Below are positions 37,070 through 47,762 of a stretch of DNA of 64,000 nucleotides, piece after piece (the first letter of the stretch is position 1; every line of letters starts with the position of its first letter). Both the position numbers and the translations under genes were made by a program. The notes under the pieces were generated by a model that saw only the letters and a program-made list of their open reading frames with translations, was not told the origin of the DNA and ran no database searches. Source of the DNA: a virus; the IMG/VR virus record IMGVR_UViG_3300027244_000003. The stretch is one strand, 5' to 3'.

Positions 37070-40000
37070 ATGCTAGATTTTAATACCGAACCGTATAATG
37101 ATGATTTCGATGAAGAAAAAAAATTCTATCGAATTTTGTTTCGCCCTTCTTTTGCTGTTCAGGCACGTGAACTAACACAACTCCAGACAATCCTTCAGAA
37201 TCAGATTACTCGCCATGGCGATAATATTTTCAAACAAGGTGCCATGGTTATACCTGGACAGGTATCTGCTGAAACTATTACTAATACTACAAAAGGTATT
37301 GATTATGTTAAACTACAGGCATTGTATAATGGTGTAGCCGTTGCTACATTTATTGATTCTTTGCAGGGTTTAGTTATCACAGGTTCAAGTGGATTAAAAG
37401 CACAGGTTATCAAGGCACAACGAGCAGAAGATACAGATCCAACAACTCTTTATGTTCGCTATTTAAATTCTGCAACTGATACTACGCAAAAAGTTTTTGC
37501 TGGTAATGAAGTTCTTCATACTGATACTGGTTTTTATTTTCAAGCACAAGCAAGTTCAGCTACAGGTAAAGGATCTTTGGCTACAATTGAGAGAGGTGTC
37601 TATTACATTAATGGACATTTTGTTCTTTGCGATACACAAGCAATTACACTAAACAAATATGACCCTTCTCCATCATATCGTGTTGGATTGAATGTATCAG
37701 AAAATATCACTACTGCAGAAGATGATGAAACTCTTTTAGATAATGCGCAGAATAGTTATAACTTTGCTGCTCCAGGTGCTCATCGTTACTTTATTGATTT
37801 AACACTATCTAAAAGATCTTTGGAGTCAACTGATGATCAGAACTTCGTAGAATTGATTCGTGTAACTGGTGGTGTTGTTAATACCATTGTTAAAGAAACT
37901 GCATATAATATAATCTATACTCAGATTCAAAATGAGATGGAAAGAAGAACATTCGATACTAATGGTGATTACACTGTTAATGGATGGTCTGTAGATGTTC
38001 GTGAATCACGTAATAATAATCGTGGAGCATGGGCTCAAAATAGTGCATATCTAATTAATGATATTGTTACATATGGTGGTTATACATATACTGCTAAAAA
38101 TAGTGCATCTTCAGTAACTACTCCTCCAACTCATAATTCTGGCTCAGCATATGATGGTGCAGGTAATAGCGGTGTTAACTGGCAATATGATGAAAATCCA
38201 GTATACAATCGTGGTATAAAATTAACTGGTAATGAAGGTGATCTTGCTATCGGTATTGATGCTGGAAGAGCATATGTTTCTGGAGCAGAACTTGAAAATC
38301 CTGCTACTGCATACATAACAGTACCAAAGGCTAGAGATTATGATCAAGCGATCGATTCTGTAATAACTCCAGTTGTTGGAAATTATGTTATTGTAACTAA
38401 CTTAAATTATGTACCAACTATCGATACAGGTACGTTAGTTAATATCTATGACGGTATCACTGGATCTTCTAATCGAGGTAATGCGTCAGCAGTTTCTAAT
38501 GCACAATTAATCGGAACTGCCCGTGCTCGTTTTATTGAGTGGCACAATATTCTTCCTTATGGATCTACTTCACAATATAAATTAGGTCTATGGGATATCC
38601 AGATGAAATCTGGATTTGATTTCAACAGAAATGCTAAGTCTTTCTATACTGTTGGCAGTGGTGTTGGGACTTCTTTCTCAGCCGACATACAACCAGCATT
38701 AGTTAATTTAACTGGTTCAGTTACTGCAGTTGCAACTAATACTGTAACTGGTGTTGGGACTTCTTTCCTAACAGATTTAAAAGTTGGTGATTACATCCTT
38801 ATTAACGATTCTCTGTATAGAAGAATCTCAGCCATTACTTCTCAAAATTCTTTAACAGTTGATAGCTCAATATCATCAGTGACTGGTGTAAAATATCAAC
38901 TAGTAACAACTGTTCTACAAGAAGCCATAGCAAATAATTTAGTGTTCCCTCTTGCATATAGTTCTGTTCGTTCTATGAGAACATCTGGCAATAGTGGAGT
39001 TAACAATTTAAACTATACAGCTTATGTTAAGTTTAATAGTGTAAATACTGCTACTACTACTCTTGCATTAAATACATCAGGTAATTTTGCTTCTGCTGCA
39101 GATAATGATAGTTATCTTGTAGTTAAAGATTCTGATGGATCTGTTGTGAACATCACAGCATCTAATATTAGTGGTACTGGTACTTCTAACGTAAGTATCA
39201 CTGTTCCGACATCTGGAACATATACTGTAATTGCTGCAGTTATTCGTTCTGGATCTGGTTTCGAAAAATCAAAAACACTAACACAAGTCACTGAAACATT
39301 CATTAGTGCTACTGCTGCTCAACAAGCATCAATCGTTCTAGATAAAGCAGATATATTCAGAATCATAAGCATTAAGATGGCTCCAGGAACTGCCTTTGAT
39401 AGCACTCCAGGATCTTATACTCAAGATATTTCAGAGAGATATTCTTTCGATAATGGTCAGCGTTTGACACATTATGATTATGGTAAATTAAATTTACTAC
39501 CATCTTATACTCAACCATCTAATCCAGTTCAAGTTGTATATGAATACTTTGAACATGGTGCTGGTGACTATTTTGATGTTAACTCTTATAGTGGTATTGA
39601 TTACAAACAGATTCCTGCCAATCTACGAGACTCTATTGATTTTAGACCAAGAGTTGCTAATAAAACAACTGGTAGTGGAGTGAAGAACTTTACTAGCACA
39701 GGCTCTTCTATGACTTCTATACCAAAACGTGGTGAATATGTCAAAGCAGATTACAGTTACTATCTTGCTAGAAAAGATAAAATTATTTTAGAGCCAACTG
39801 GTAAATTAGTTGATATACAAGGCGTTCCATCTACTGTTCCTGGAGAACCAGTAACACCAGCACTTGGAATGGTATTGTATAATCTATCTCTAGAACCATA
39901 TACTTTTGGTACTGCATCAACTAATGTGAGCGTTTCAAAAGTTGATAATAAACGCTACACAATGCGTGACATCGGTAAGTTAGAAAATAGAATTAATAAT

Positions 40001-43000
40001 TTAGAGTACTACACATCATTATCTCTGTTGGAATCAGAAACATCTAGTTTAAAAATTCCAGATAGTAATGGTATGGATAGAATGAAGAATGGTTTTGTTG
40101 TTGATAACTTCGGTAGCAGTGCTCTTGTAGCTGATCCAAAAACTTCTGATCTTAGCTGTTCTATTGATATGGGGGCTAACTTACTGCGCCCAGCGCACAC
40201 AATGCATAATGTAGATTTAATCGAACAAGCCTCTACTACTTCTGCAAGAACTAATGCTAATTATCAGCTAACTGGTGATATTATAACTTTACCTTATACT
40301 ACTACACCTCTGGTCACACAGGCATATGCGTCTAGACTAGAATATGTTAATCCATTTGCCATCTATACATTCTTAGGAAGTGTTCAGATAACCCCAGCAT
40401 CAGATGATTGGTTTGACACTGACAGAGTACCTGATCTTATTCAGCAGGTAGAGGGGAATTATAATTCTCTTAAGAATATGATAGATTTAAATAATGGTTG
40501 GCCAATTTATGGCGCATGGACTACAGATTGGTCTGGAACTCCTCAACATACTGTTACTACTAATAACTACATAAGTGGTAATCTTTTGATGGAAACAACT
40601 ACTGATTCATGGTCTCAGACTGGTATTAAGTCAAGAAATGGTACTAAAACTTCTATAGTAGCAAAAACAGATTATGAGTCAGTTGGTGACAGAACAGTAT
40701 CAACTTCTATCGTTCCTTATGTACGATCACGTTTTGTATTAGTTCAATCTAAACAATTAAAGCCATCTACTCGCTTTTATGCTTATTTTAATGAAGTTGA
40801 TATAAATTCATATTGTACTCCAACGACTAAACTGGTGTATACTCCAACAGGTTCTACTGAAATTCTAAAAGCAGCAAACCATAAACTTTGGAATACTTCA
40901 ACTAATGTCGGTGGATCTAGCACAGACATTAAAAGAAGAATCGGTACAGACGTACAAGTTTGTTTAACACGTGGTGACGTAATAACAAAATCAGACAATT
41001 CTGCATCAGCAGTAGTTGTTGGTAAATATTTAATACATAATGATGATGGTACTACATCTTATGCGCTTGATTTAGTTAATATTATCGGAACATTTAGTTC
41101 AGGTAATACATTTACTGGATCTATTAGTAATCAAACAGGAACTGTAGTTTCGGTAACAACTAATACTACATTAACTACAAATCAATCAGGTGAAGTAAAC
41201 TTCTTGTTTAATATACCAAATACTGAATCTGTTCGTTTCCGTACTGGTAAATCTACATTAAAACTAATGGATTCTGCAACTTCTACAGGAAATTATACTT
41301 CTCGTGGAATCGGCACTTATGAAGCCACTGGAACACTTCAAACTGTTCAAGGTATAGTTAATGCTGTTAGAAATTCTACTATTGTTCAAGAACAGATTAA
41401 TCCTCGTGCTGGTGATCCTAATACTTATGAGGTCGTTAATAGAAATGGTAGTTCTACTTCTACCAGAGTTATTGCTGATTTAACACCAGCATGGACAGAT
41501 CCACTTGCACAATCATTTTATGTAGAATCAAGAGGTGGTGCATTCTTAACAAGTATTGATTTATTCTTTGCAACTAAATCTGCAAATGTCCCAGTAACTG
41601 TACATATTCGTGAGATGGTCAACGGTAATCCGACACATCAGGTTCTTCCATTCAGTAGTGTAACTTTAAATCCAGATTTGGTTAATGCTCCTGTTTCTGG
41701 AACTACTGCAGAAGCATCAGGATATACATCTGTTGCTCTGCCTGATGGTAATTCTTATGCAGACTATAACACAGCAACGAAATTCACATTCGAATCTCCT
41801 GTCTTTGTAGAAGACAGTAAAGAGTATGCATTTGTTATTCAGTCTGATTCAAATGATTACAGAGTTTGGATTTCTAATATGGGTGATGTCATCCCAGGAA
41901 CAAGTAGAACTATTTCTGAACAACCATATGCTGGTGTAATGTTCAAATCTCAGAATGCTTCTACATGGACACCAGATCAAAATCAAGATATTAAATTTAC
42001 AATACATCGTGCTGTATTTGCTACAAATACGGTTGGTGCTATTGTTATGACGAATAATGTTTTACCTCATGACCAATTGAAAAATAACCCAATCCAAACT
42101 GTTACTGGATCTAATGTTATTAGAATTTGGCATCCTAATCATGGTATGTCTTCTGGTTCTAGTGTTCAACTTAGTGGATTGACTTCTAATATTAATGGAA
42201 TCCCAGTCGGTGAAATCAATACGACTAAAGTTATTGCTAACGTAGATGCTCATTGTTATACAATAACTACTAGCACAGTTGCTACTTCTACTGGTTATTC
42301 TGGTGGTAACTTACTAAAGGCTTCTAGAAATATTGCATATGATTTAATTAAACCAACTTTGCAGATGCAAACTTTCGGTGAATCATTAGCAAAATTCTCT
42401 ATGAAAACAACATCAGGAACATCACCTGATGGAGCACAAACATCATATGTTATAGATACTTCTTATTCTCCAGTTGTAGTTGATATTGACAACATTTGGG
42501 ACAAAACAAGAGTTGTTGCTTCTGAGGTTAATGAAAACACTTATATGAGTGGAGAAAAATCTCTACAATTGTTGTGTCAGATTTCTACTACAAACAATGC
42601 AGTTTCTCCTGTTATTGATACTGCTCGTTCTAGTGCAGTATTAGTTTCAAATAAATTAAATTATCCTACTGAATCTAATACAAATGTGGCTTCTTTAGAT
42701 ACAAAAATAATGTTTGCTGGAGCAGCTGGAACTATTACTGGTGTTCCAAATAGTGGTGTGGCAGTAGCAGTTACTGGTGGATCATATAACTATGCTATTA
42801 CTGGAACTCTATTAACTTTATCAGGCTCTCAATCCTTAACTCAAGGAACACAGTACTATTATGGAAATAAACTTTACCTATGTACTGTAGGAGGAACTGC
42901 TAGTGTCAGCGCACCTACTCACACATATGGTGTAGCAACAAATGGCACAGCAACTTTACAGTGGGTTGGAAGTGCATCTTCTATAACTTCTACTAATGCG

Positions 43001-43588
43001 ACTGTTAGAGGATTAATGGCTGGACTTGGAATTGGTAGATATCTAACTACTGGTGGTTCTTCAAACACAGCAAATAATAGTACATGGATAGTTACTGGCT
43101 ATGGTGATAATGGTACTACTGGAACTGTTTATGTAGATTCTGTTTCTGGGGCTGTATTCACTGCAGAGACAGTTACTTCTTCTGCAATTTATGTTGCAGT
43201 CAGAGAATTATTCTACGATGAAATCGCCCCACGTGGAGGAAGTTCGCTAAGTAAGTATGTAACAACACCTATTAAATTTGCGAATTCTTCTAGTTTCGTG
43301 AGAATTAAACTTGGAGCTAATTGCCCGAATGAGGCTGATATCAAAGTTTACTATAAGACTTGTCTGGGTGATAGCAAACAGTTAGATACTATTAGATATA
43401 CGCTAGCCTCCGCTGATAATAATGGAATAATTAAAGTCGACAATGGAAACTATGCATTCTCTGATGTAGACTATACTATGAACAATATGACACCATTCGA
43501 TACTATTGCGATTAAAATCGTTATGCAGTCCACTAATAGTTCTGCTACTCCAATCATCAAAGACTTTAGGGTTATTGCCTGCGCATAA
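37070..43588 (+). CDS. large virion structural protein (VrlC/DUF4815-like)
   Basis: PY.DDF...K.FYRILFRP..AVQARELTQ.Q, APGAHR, RYTMRDIG.LE.RI..LEYYT, DPLAQSF, F.SQNASTW. Confidence 0.8.
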   Translation: MLDFNTEPYNDDFDEEKKFYRILFRPSFAVQARELTQLQTILQNQITRHGDNIFKQGAMVIPGQVSAETITNTTKGIDYVKLQALYNGVAVATFIDSLQGLVITGSSGLKAQVIKAQRAEDTDPTTLYVRYLNSATDTTQKVFAGNEVLHTDTGFYFQAQASSATGKGSLATIERGVYYINGHFVLCDTQAITLNKYDPSPSYRVGLNVSENITTAEDDETLLDNAQNSYNFAAPGAHRYFIDLTLSKRSLESTDDQNFVELIRVTGGVVNTIVKETAYNIIYTQIQNEMERRTFDTNGDYTVNGWSVDVRESRNNNRGAWAQNSAYLINDIVTYGGYTYTAKNSASSVTTPPTHNSGSAYDGAGNSGVNWQYDENPVYNRGIKLTGNEGDLAIGIDAGRAYVSGAELENPATAYITVPKARDYDQAIDSVITPVVGNYVIVTNLNYVPTIDTGTLVNIYDGITGSSNRGNASAVSNAQLIGTARARFIEWHNILPYGSTSQYKLGLWDIQMKSGFDFNRNAKSFYTVGSGVGTSFSADIQPALVNLTGSVTAVATNTVTGVGTSFLTDLKVGDYILINDSLYRRISAITSQNSLTVDSSISSVTGVKYQLVTTVLQEAIANNLVFPLAYSSVRSMRTSGNSGVNNLNYTAYVKFNSVNTATTTLALNTSGNFASAADNDSYLVVKDSDGSVVNITASNISGTGTSNVSITVPTSGTYTVIAAVIRSGSGFEKSKTLTQVTETFISATAAQQASIVLDKADIFRIISIKMAPGTAFDSTPGSYTQDISERYSFDNGQRLTHYDYGKLNLLPSYTQPSNPVQVVYEYFEHGAGDYFDVNSYSGIDYKQIPANLRDSIDFRPRVANKTTGSGVKNFTSTGSSMTSIPKRGEYVKADYSYYLARKDKIILEPTGKLVDIQGVPSTVPGEPVTPALGMVLYNLSLEPYTFGTASTNVSVSKVDNKRYTMRDIGKLENRINNLEYYTSLSLLESETSSLKIPDSNGMDRMKNGFVVDNFGSSALVADPKTSDLSCSIDMGANLLRPAHTMHNVDLIEQASTTSARTNANYQLTGDIITLPYTTTPLVTQAYASRLEYVNPFAIYTFLGSVQITPASDDWFDTDRVPDLIQQVEGNYNSLKNMIDLNNGWPIYGAWTTDWSGTPQHTVTTNNYISGNLLMETTTDSWSQTGIKSRNGTKTSIVAKTDYESVGDRTVSTSIVPYVRSRFVLVQSKQLKPSTRFYAYFNEVDINSYCTPTTKLVYTPTGSTEILKAANHKLWNTSTNVGGSSTDIKRRIGTDVQVCLTRGDVITKSDNSASAVVVGKYLIHNDDGTTSYALDLVNIIGTFSSGNTFTGSISNQTGTVVSVTTNTTLTTNQSGEVNFLFNIPNTESVRFRTGKSTLKLMDSATSTGNYTSRGIGTYEATGTLQTVQGIVNAVRNSTIVQEQINPRAGDPNTYEVVNRNGSSTSTRVIADLTPAWTDPLAQSFYVESRGGAFLTSIDLFFATKSANVPVTVHIREMVNGNPTHQVLPFSSVTLNPDLVNAPVSGTTAEASGYTSVALPDGNSYADYNTATKFTFESPVFVEDSKEYAFVIQSDSNDYRVWISNMGDVIPGTSRTISEQPYAGVMFKSQNASTWTPDQNQDIKFTIHRAVFATNTVGAIVMTNNVLPHDQLKNNPIQTVTGSNVIRIWHPNHGMSSGSSVQLSGLTSNINGIPVGEINTTKVIANVDAHCYTITTSTVATSTGYSGGNLLKASRNIAYDLIKPTLQMQTFGESLAKFSMKTTSGTSPDGAQTSYVIDTSYSPVVVDIDNIWDKTRVVASEVNENTYMSGEKSLQLLCQISTTNNAVSPVIDTARSSAVLVSNKLNYPTESNTNVASLDTKIMFAGAAGTITGVPNSGVAVAVTGGSYNYAITGTLLTLSGSQSLTQGTQYYYGNKLYLCTVGGTASVSAPTHTYGVATNGTATLQWVGSASSITSTNATVRGLMAGLGIGRYLTTGGSSNTANNSTWIVTGYGDNGTTGTVYVDSVSGAVFTAETVTSSAIYVAVRELFYDEIAPRGGSSLSKYVTTPIKFANSSSFVRIKLGANCPNEADIKVYYKTCLGDSKQLDTIRYTLASADNNGIIKVDNGNYAFSDVDYTMNNMTPFDTIAIKIVMQSTNSSATPIIKDFRVIACA

Positions 43589-43589
43589 A

Positions 43590-43817
43590 ATGGATTATTT
43601 GAAAGTTCAAGGACATGATGGCTTAGTTAGAGATACCTCTACTGGAGCCATTATAAATACTAATAGAACAGAATATGAAACCTATATGAGCAGAAAAAAG
43701 ATGGCTGAGCAGAGAGAGTTAGAGATTTCTCAACATACAGAAGACATAAATATATTGAAGAACGAACTGCAAGACATAAAATCTCTTATTTTACAGCTTT
43801 TGCACAAAAAAGATTGA
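43590..43817 (+). CDS. small conserved protein (coiled-coil C-terminus)
   Basis: KV.GH..LVRD..TGAIIN; usual neighbour of the VrlC-like gene. Confidence 0.7.
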   Translation: MDYLKVQGHDGLVRDTSTGAIINTNRTEYETYMSRKKMAEQRELEISQHTEDINILKNELQDIKSLILQLLHKKD

Positions 43818-43831
43818 CTAAGGAAACTTAA

Positions 43832-45037
43832 ATGCCAAATATTACATCCGCATCTATTACGCTAAGATCGACTAAGGGTAGTCCTCTTACGAATACAGAA
43901 GTCGATAATAACTTTAATAACTTAAACACAGCCATTGCGACTGGTTTAACTGCAGCCAGCTATACCGCAGCTGATGTTCTAGCCAAACTAGTTACTGTTG
44001 ATGGTGCTGGATCTGGTCTAGACGCTGACTTACTTGATGGACTGACTACTGCTTCAGCAAATACAGCATCTACTGTTGTTGTTCGTGACGCTTCTGGTAA
44101 CTTCTCTGCTGGTACTATTACTGCAGCGTTAACTGGCACAGCGACTATCGCTTCCAGCTTGAATTATACAGTGGCTATCTCTGGTGGTGGTACTGGTGCT
44201 ACTACTGCATCATCTGCTAGATCTAACTTAGGTTTGGCAATCGGCTCTGATGTTCAGGCTTATGATGGTGAACTAGCTGCGTTGGCTTCTACCACTTCTT
44301 CAGCAAATGCACTACCTTACTTTACTGGCGCAGGTACTGCTTCTACTACAACTCTTTCTGCATATGGTCGCACTCTTATCGATGATGCAGATGCATCTAC
44401 TGCTCGTGGTACACTTGGTTTAACGATTGGTTCTGATGTTCAGGCTTATGCGGCAAACTTAGCTGCACTTGCAGGTGTTTCTGGTAATGGTCTTTATATT
44501 CGTACTGGTGCAGGTACTGCTGTTAATAGATCAATTGCAGCTGGTTCTGGTATTACTGTCTCCAATGGTGATGGTGTTTCTGGTAATCCAACGATTAATG
44601 CAAACGTATTGTCTGTTCAGGGTAATACTGGTAACGTAATCGTTTCAGTTCCTGTTACTTCTGTTCAGGGTAATACTGGTGCGGTTATTGTTTCTAACAT
44701 TGCTGGTAATGCTGCCACTGCCACCAACGCACATGCTGCACATACTTCTCAGTTCTCACACCATGCTCAGTATACTCCATGGTCTCAGGTTCAAGGTCGT
44801 CCACACCACTTATCTCAATTTGCCAACGACTTAGGTAACTATGGTGGTTGGGTTCCACATAATACTAAACATACTAACCCAGATGTCAGCTCTACCATTG
44901 GGCGAAATGCTGGTGGTGTAGGAAATTGTGGTAATATCGTATCTAGAAACGTATCGAGAATGCACTTAGATACAAACCACCATTTTGATCCTCACCATCA
45001 CCACAATAATTGTACCAATTGTAACTGTAACTGTTAA
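43832..45037 (+). CDS. tail-fibre-like protein with His/Cys-rich C-terminus
   Basis: [38 protein letters not shown] fibre motifs; ends [14 protein letters not shown]. Confidence 0.8.
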   Translation: MPNITSASITLRSTKGSPLTNTEVDNNFNNLNTAIATGLTAASYTAADVLAKLVTVDGAGSGLDADLLDGLTTASANTASTVVVRDASGNFSAGTITAALTGTATIASSLNYTVAISGGGTGATTASSARSNLGLAIGSDVQAYDGELAALASTTSSANALPYFTGAGTASTTTLSAYGRTLIDDADASTARGTLGLTIGSDVQAYAANLAALAGVSGNGLYIRTGAGTAVNRSIAAGSGITVSNGDGVSGNPTINANVLSVQGNTGNVIVSVPVTSVQGNTGAVIVSNIAGNAATATNAHAAHTSQFSHHAQYTPWSQVQGRPHHLSQFANDLGNYGGWVPHNTKHTNPDVSSTIGRNAGGVGNCGNIVSRNVSRMHLDTNHHFDPHHHHNNCTNCNCNC

Positions 45038-45054
45038 TAGGTAATAGGAAAACT

Positions 45055-45990
45055 ATGCAATATATAACTAAACTCCAACATCGTGCTAGATATTTGGGAT
45101 ACCCAAATGCAGTATTACCAAAACATTTCGATGATTCGGTAGGTTTAACTGGTATCACTGATCCTGTAGAATACGATAGAATATCAGCTGCTGCTGACCC
45201 AACTATTTTCGAACAGATGGAATTTGATTTTAAGTGGGATTTAAATTTAACTGGTAATATTTTAAAAGCAAAATTTATTAATGTTACCGAAAATAATAGA
45301 ATTATTAATAATTTTTCTATTGATATGTCATATTTAAGTAATGCAGACGCATGTACTCTTTGGTATATTAAAGATGATATTATTTTAAGTAATATATCCA
45401 AAGTACTTGATGCAGATGCAGAAGAACTAACTATAGTAGATACAGATCTAGTTAATTCTTTCGCAAATACTTTACCAACCAAAAATTTTAATATTTATGG
45501 AACCCATGGTTTAATAGTATTTTATGTGACTAAAGATAATCCAACTCCTGCTGATATTATCACTTGTATTATTAGACCTATAGTTAGCACAGATACGGAC
45601 TATAATACAGTTTTACCAGAAATGTTAAGAAATAATATCGAAATTAAACCACTAGGTGATTATAGAGTTACTGTTACAGGTAATTTGACTAAGCATCCTG
45701 CTGATCCTACTACATTACTGATTATTGATACACTTTTACCAGAAATAACAGTGACATCTTCAACAGTATCTGGTGATATTGTTACAGTTAATTTTACAAC
45801 AGATTCGAAAATCAATAACATTTATCTGGTCCAATCTGAAGGTTATTTACCAAAATTAAAAATCCCAGTTACTAATGGAACTGGTTCTTTTAAAGTAGTC
45901 ACAACTGGTATGGATGCAGGTGATACTATTAAAGTTAAAATGGGTTTTAAATATTGGGTTAACAGAACTGAGTTCACTAAAATATTATAA
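45055..45990 (+). CDS. hypothetical protein with beta-rich (Ig-like?) C-terminal domain
   Basis: 311 aa, AGGA SD, AT-rich. Confidence 0.65.
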   Translation: MQYITKLQHRARYLGYPNAVLPKHFDDSVGLTGITDPVEYDRISAAADPTIFEQMEFDFKWDLNLTGNILKAKFINVTENNRIINNFSIDMSYLSNADACTLWYIKDDIILSNISKVLDADAEELTIVDTDLVNSFANTLPTKNFNIYGTHGLIVFYVTKDNPTPADIITCIIRPIVSTDTDYNTVLPEMLRNNIEIKPLGDYRVTVTGNLTKHPADPTTLLIIDTLLPEITVTSSTVSGDIVTVNFTTDSKINNIYLVQSEGYLPKLKIPVTNGTGSFKVVTTGMDAGDTIKVKMGFKYWVNRTEFTKIL

Positions 45991-46007
45991 AATTTATATT
46001 TTGAACA

Positions 46008-46049
46008 TATCCTATCGGAGATAAATACTCTGATAGGATAATTTATTTT
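46008..46049 (+). promoter_or_regulatory. 13-bp hairpin with late-promoter motif ATAAATA as its loop
   Basis: TATCCTATCGGAG-ATAAATA-CTCTGATAGGATA, then ATTTATTTT. Confidence 0.65.
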
Positions 46050-46059
46050 GAGGGATAGT

Positions 46060-47451
46060 ATGGCAACTTTTGAAATTTCAGCATGGAGTCCAGCAGAAAA
46101 GGTTACTAAGAAATTATTTTACAATAGTTCTCTTAGCACATTAAAGTGGGAAGATGGTTCCAATGTTATTGCAGATGTTAGAACACAACCTGATGTTGTT
46201 TCTCCTGCAAAGATTGAACATGGTAAAAAAGATTTAAAAACTGTTAAGATTCAACTAGGTCTTTCTTGTAACTTTGAATGTGATTATTGCAATCAAAGAT
46301 TCGTACCACATGCAGATGAAACTAATCCAAACGATGTAGATCCATTTGTATTGAATATGGACTCATGGTATGAAGGTGGGTCTGATGGATTTGGTAAAGA
46401 TACAAACTTCGAGTTTTGGGGTGGTGAACCATTTGTTTATTGGAAAACAATGAAGCCTCTTGCAGAAGCACTTAATAAAAAATACCCAAATGCTCGTATG
46501 TCAGTAATTACAAATGGTAGTTTATTAGACATAGAAAAAAATGAGTGGTTAGAACGATATAATTTTGGTGTGGCGGTTTCACATGATGGTCCAGGACAAC
46601 CAGTTCGTGGACCAGATCCTTTAGATGATCCAAAATCTAAAGAAGGTATTATAGATCTTTATAAAAGACTTGCACCAAAGCGTATGTTTAGTTTTAATTC
46701 TATGATTAACTCTAAGAATACTAGTCGTGCTGAGATTGAAAAATTCTTCTTCAATTTTGTTGATACTGAAATCGGTGAGAAATATAAACAGTTCTTAACA
46801 ATAGGCGAAGGTGCTTTCGTTGATGCTTATGATGAGGGTGGATTAGCAAATTCTTTAGTTGATGGTGAAGAAGATATTTCTTATAGAAATCAAGCATTAG
46901 AAGAATTGCGTGCTGGTAAGGTAACAAGATTTGATGTTATCGGGCAGAAAGTCGGTGGGTTTATTGACTCATTAGCGAATGGTGTTAGAATCGAATCACT
47001 ACCCCAAAAGTGTGGTATGGATAAATCTAATTCTATTGCTCTTGACTTAAATGGTAATGTTTTAACCTGCCAAAATGTAAGTCCAGTTTCTACAAATCCC
47101 GCAGGTATATCTCATAAACTTGGACATATATCTGATCTTTCTTCAACTAGATTAGATTCAGCTACTCATTGGAGTGATAGAAAAGAATGCCCAAACTGCC
47201 CAGTAGTACATATTTGCAAGGGTGCTTGTATGTTTCTTTCTGGTCCACTATGGGATGCTTCTTGTGATAATGCATTTAGTGATAATATCATCCCATTTTG
47301 TATCGCAATTGAAGAGATAACAGGATGTATCCCTGAGTATATCGAGGGTCCATTAAGAGAAGATCGTAAAGATATTTTCTGGTGGGTTAAGGGTAAACCA
47401 GAAAAGGTTAGAAAACCTAAAAAGATTATACCGATTGTGATGGCATCATGA
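46060..47451 (+). CDS. radical SAM enzyme with SPASM domain
   Basis: CNFECDYC (CxxxCxxC), WGGEP, ITNG, SHDG; SPASM KCG...LTC...CPNCPVVHICKGAC...SC. Confidence 0.92.
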   Translation: MATFEISAWSPAEKVTKKLFYNSSLSTLKWEDGSNVIADVRTQPDVVSPAKIEHGKKDLKTVKIQLGLSCNFECDYCNQRFVPHADETNPNDVDPFVLNMDSWYEGGSDGFGKDTNFEFWGGEPFVYWKTMKPLAEALNKKYPNARMSVITNGSLLDIEKNEWLERYNFGVAVSHDGPGQPVRGPDPLDDPKSKEGIIDLYKRLAPKRMFSFNSMINSKNTSRAEIEKFFFNFVDTEIGEKYKQFLTIGEGAFVDAYDEGGLANSLVDGEEDISYRNQALEELRAGKVTRFDVIGQKVGGFIDSLANGVRIESLPQKCGMDKSNSIALDLNGNVLTCQNVSPVSTNPAGISHKLGHISDLSSTRLDSATHWSDRKECPNCPVVHICKGACMFLSGPLWDASCDNAFSDNIIPFCIAIEEITGCIPEYIEGPLREDRKDIFWWVKGKPEKVRKPKKIIPIVMAS

Positions 47452-47762
47452 GTAGTTTCTTTAAAGGATACGTATTAGAGATTAATCAATTCCCTAGAAT
47501 TGTAGGAAACATTGGAACTATCGAACACTATACAGTCAAAGAAGTATTTGAATTTGATAGTGATACTAAAGAATATGGGTACAGAGATAGCCTAATTCCA
47601 CTACAATCTGTTATAAATAAAGATGAGATTGACCTAAATACAATTAAAGATCTTATAAATAATAAGGTGGCTTTCTTGAGAAGAACCTTAAATTTTCAGA
47701 ACCAAACACAAGTCTGGTCTTTTGATACCAGCAAATTAGGAGAACTAAAAAATGACAGTTAA
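47448..47762 (+). CDS. hypothetical protein
   Basis: 104 aa, ATGA-coupled to the radical SAM gene. Confidence 0.6.
   Translation: MSSFFKGYVLEINQFPRIVGNIGTIEHYTVKEVFEFDSDTKEYGYRDSLIPLQSVINKDEIDLNTIKDLINNKVAFLRRTLNFQNQTQVWSFDTSKLGELKNDS

Noticed and set aside
44943-45482. 179-aa minus-strand ORF across the fibre tip
   Set aside because: Antisense to two well-supported genes; no motifs
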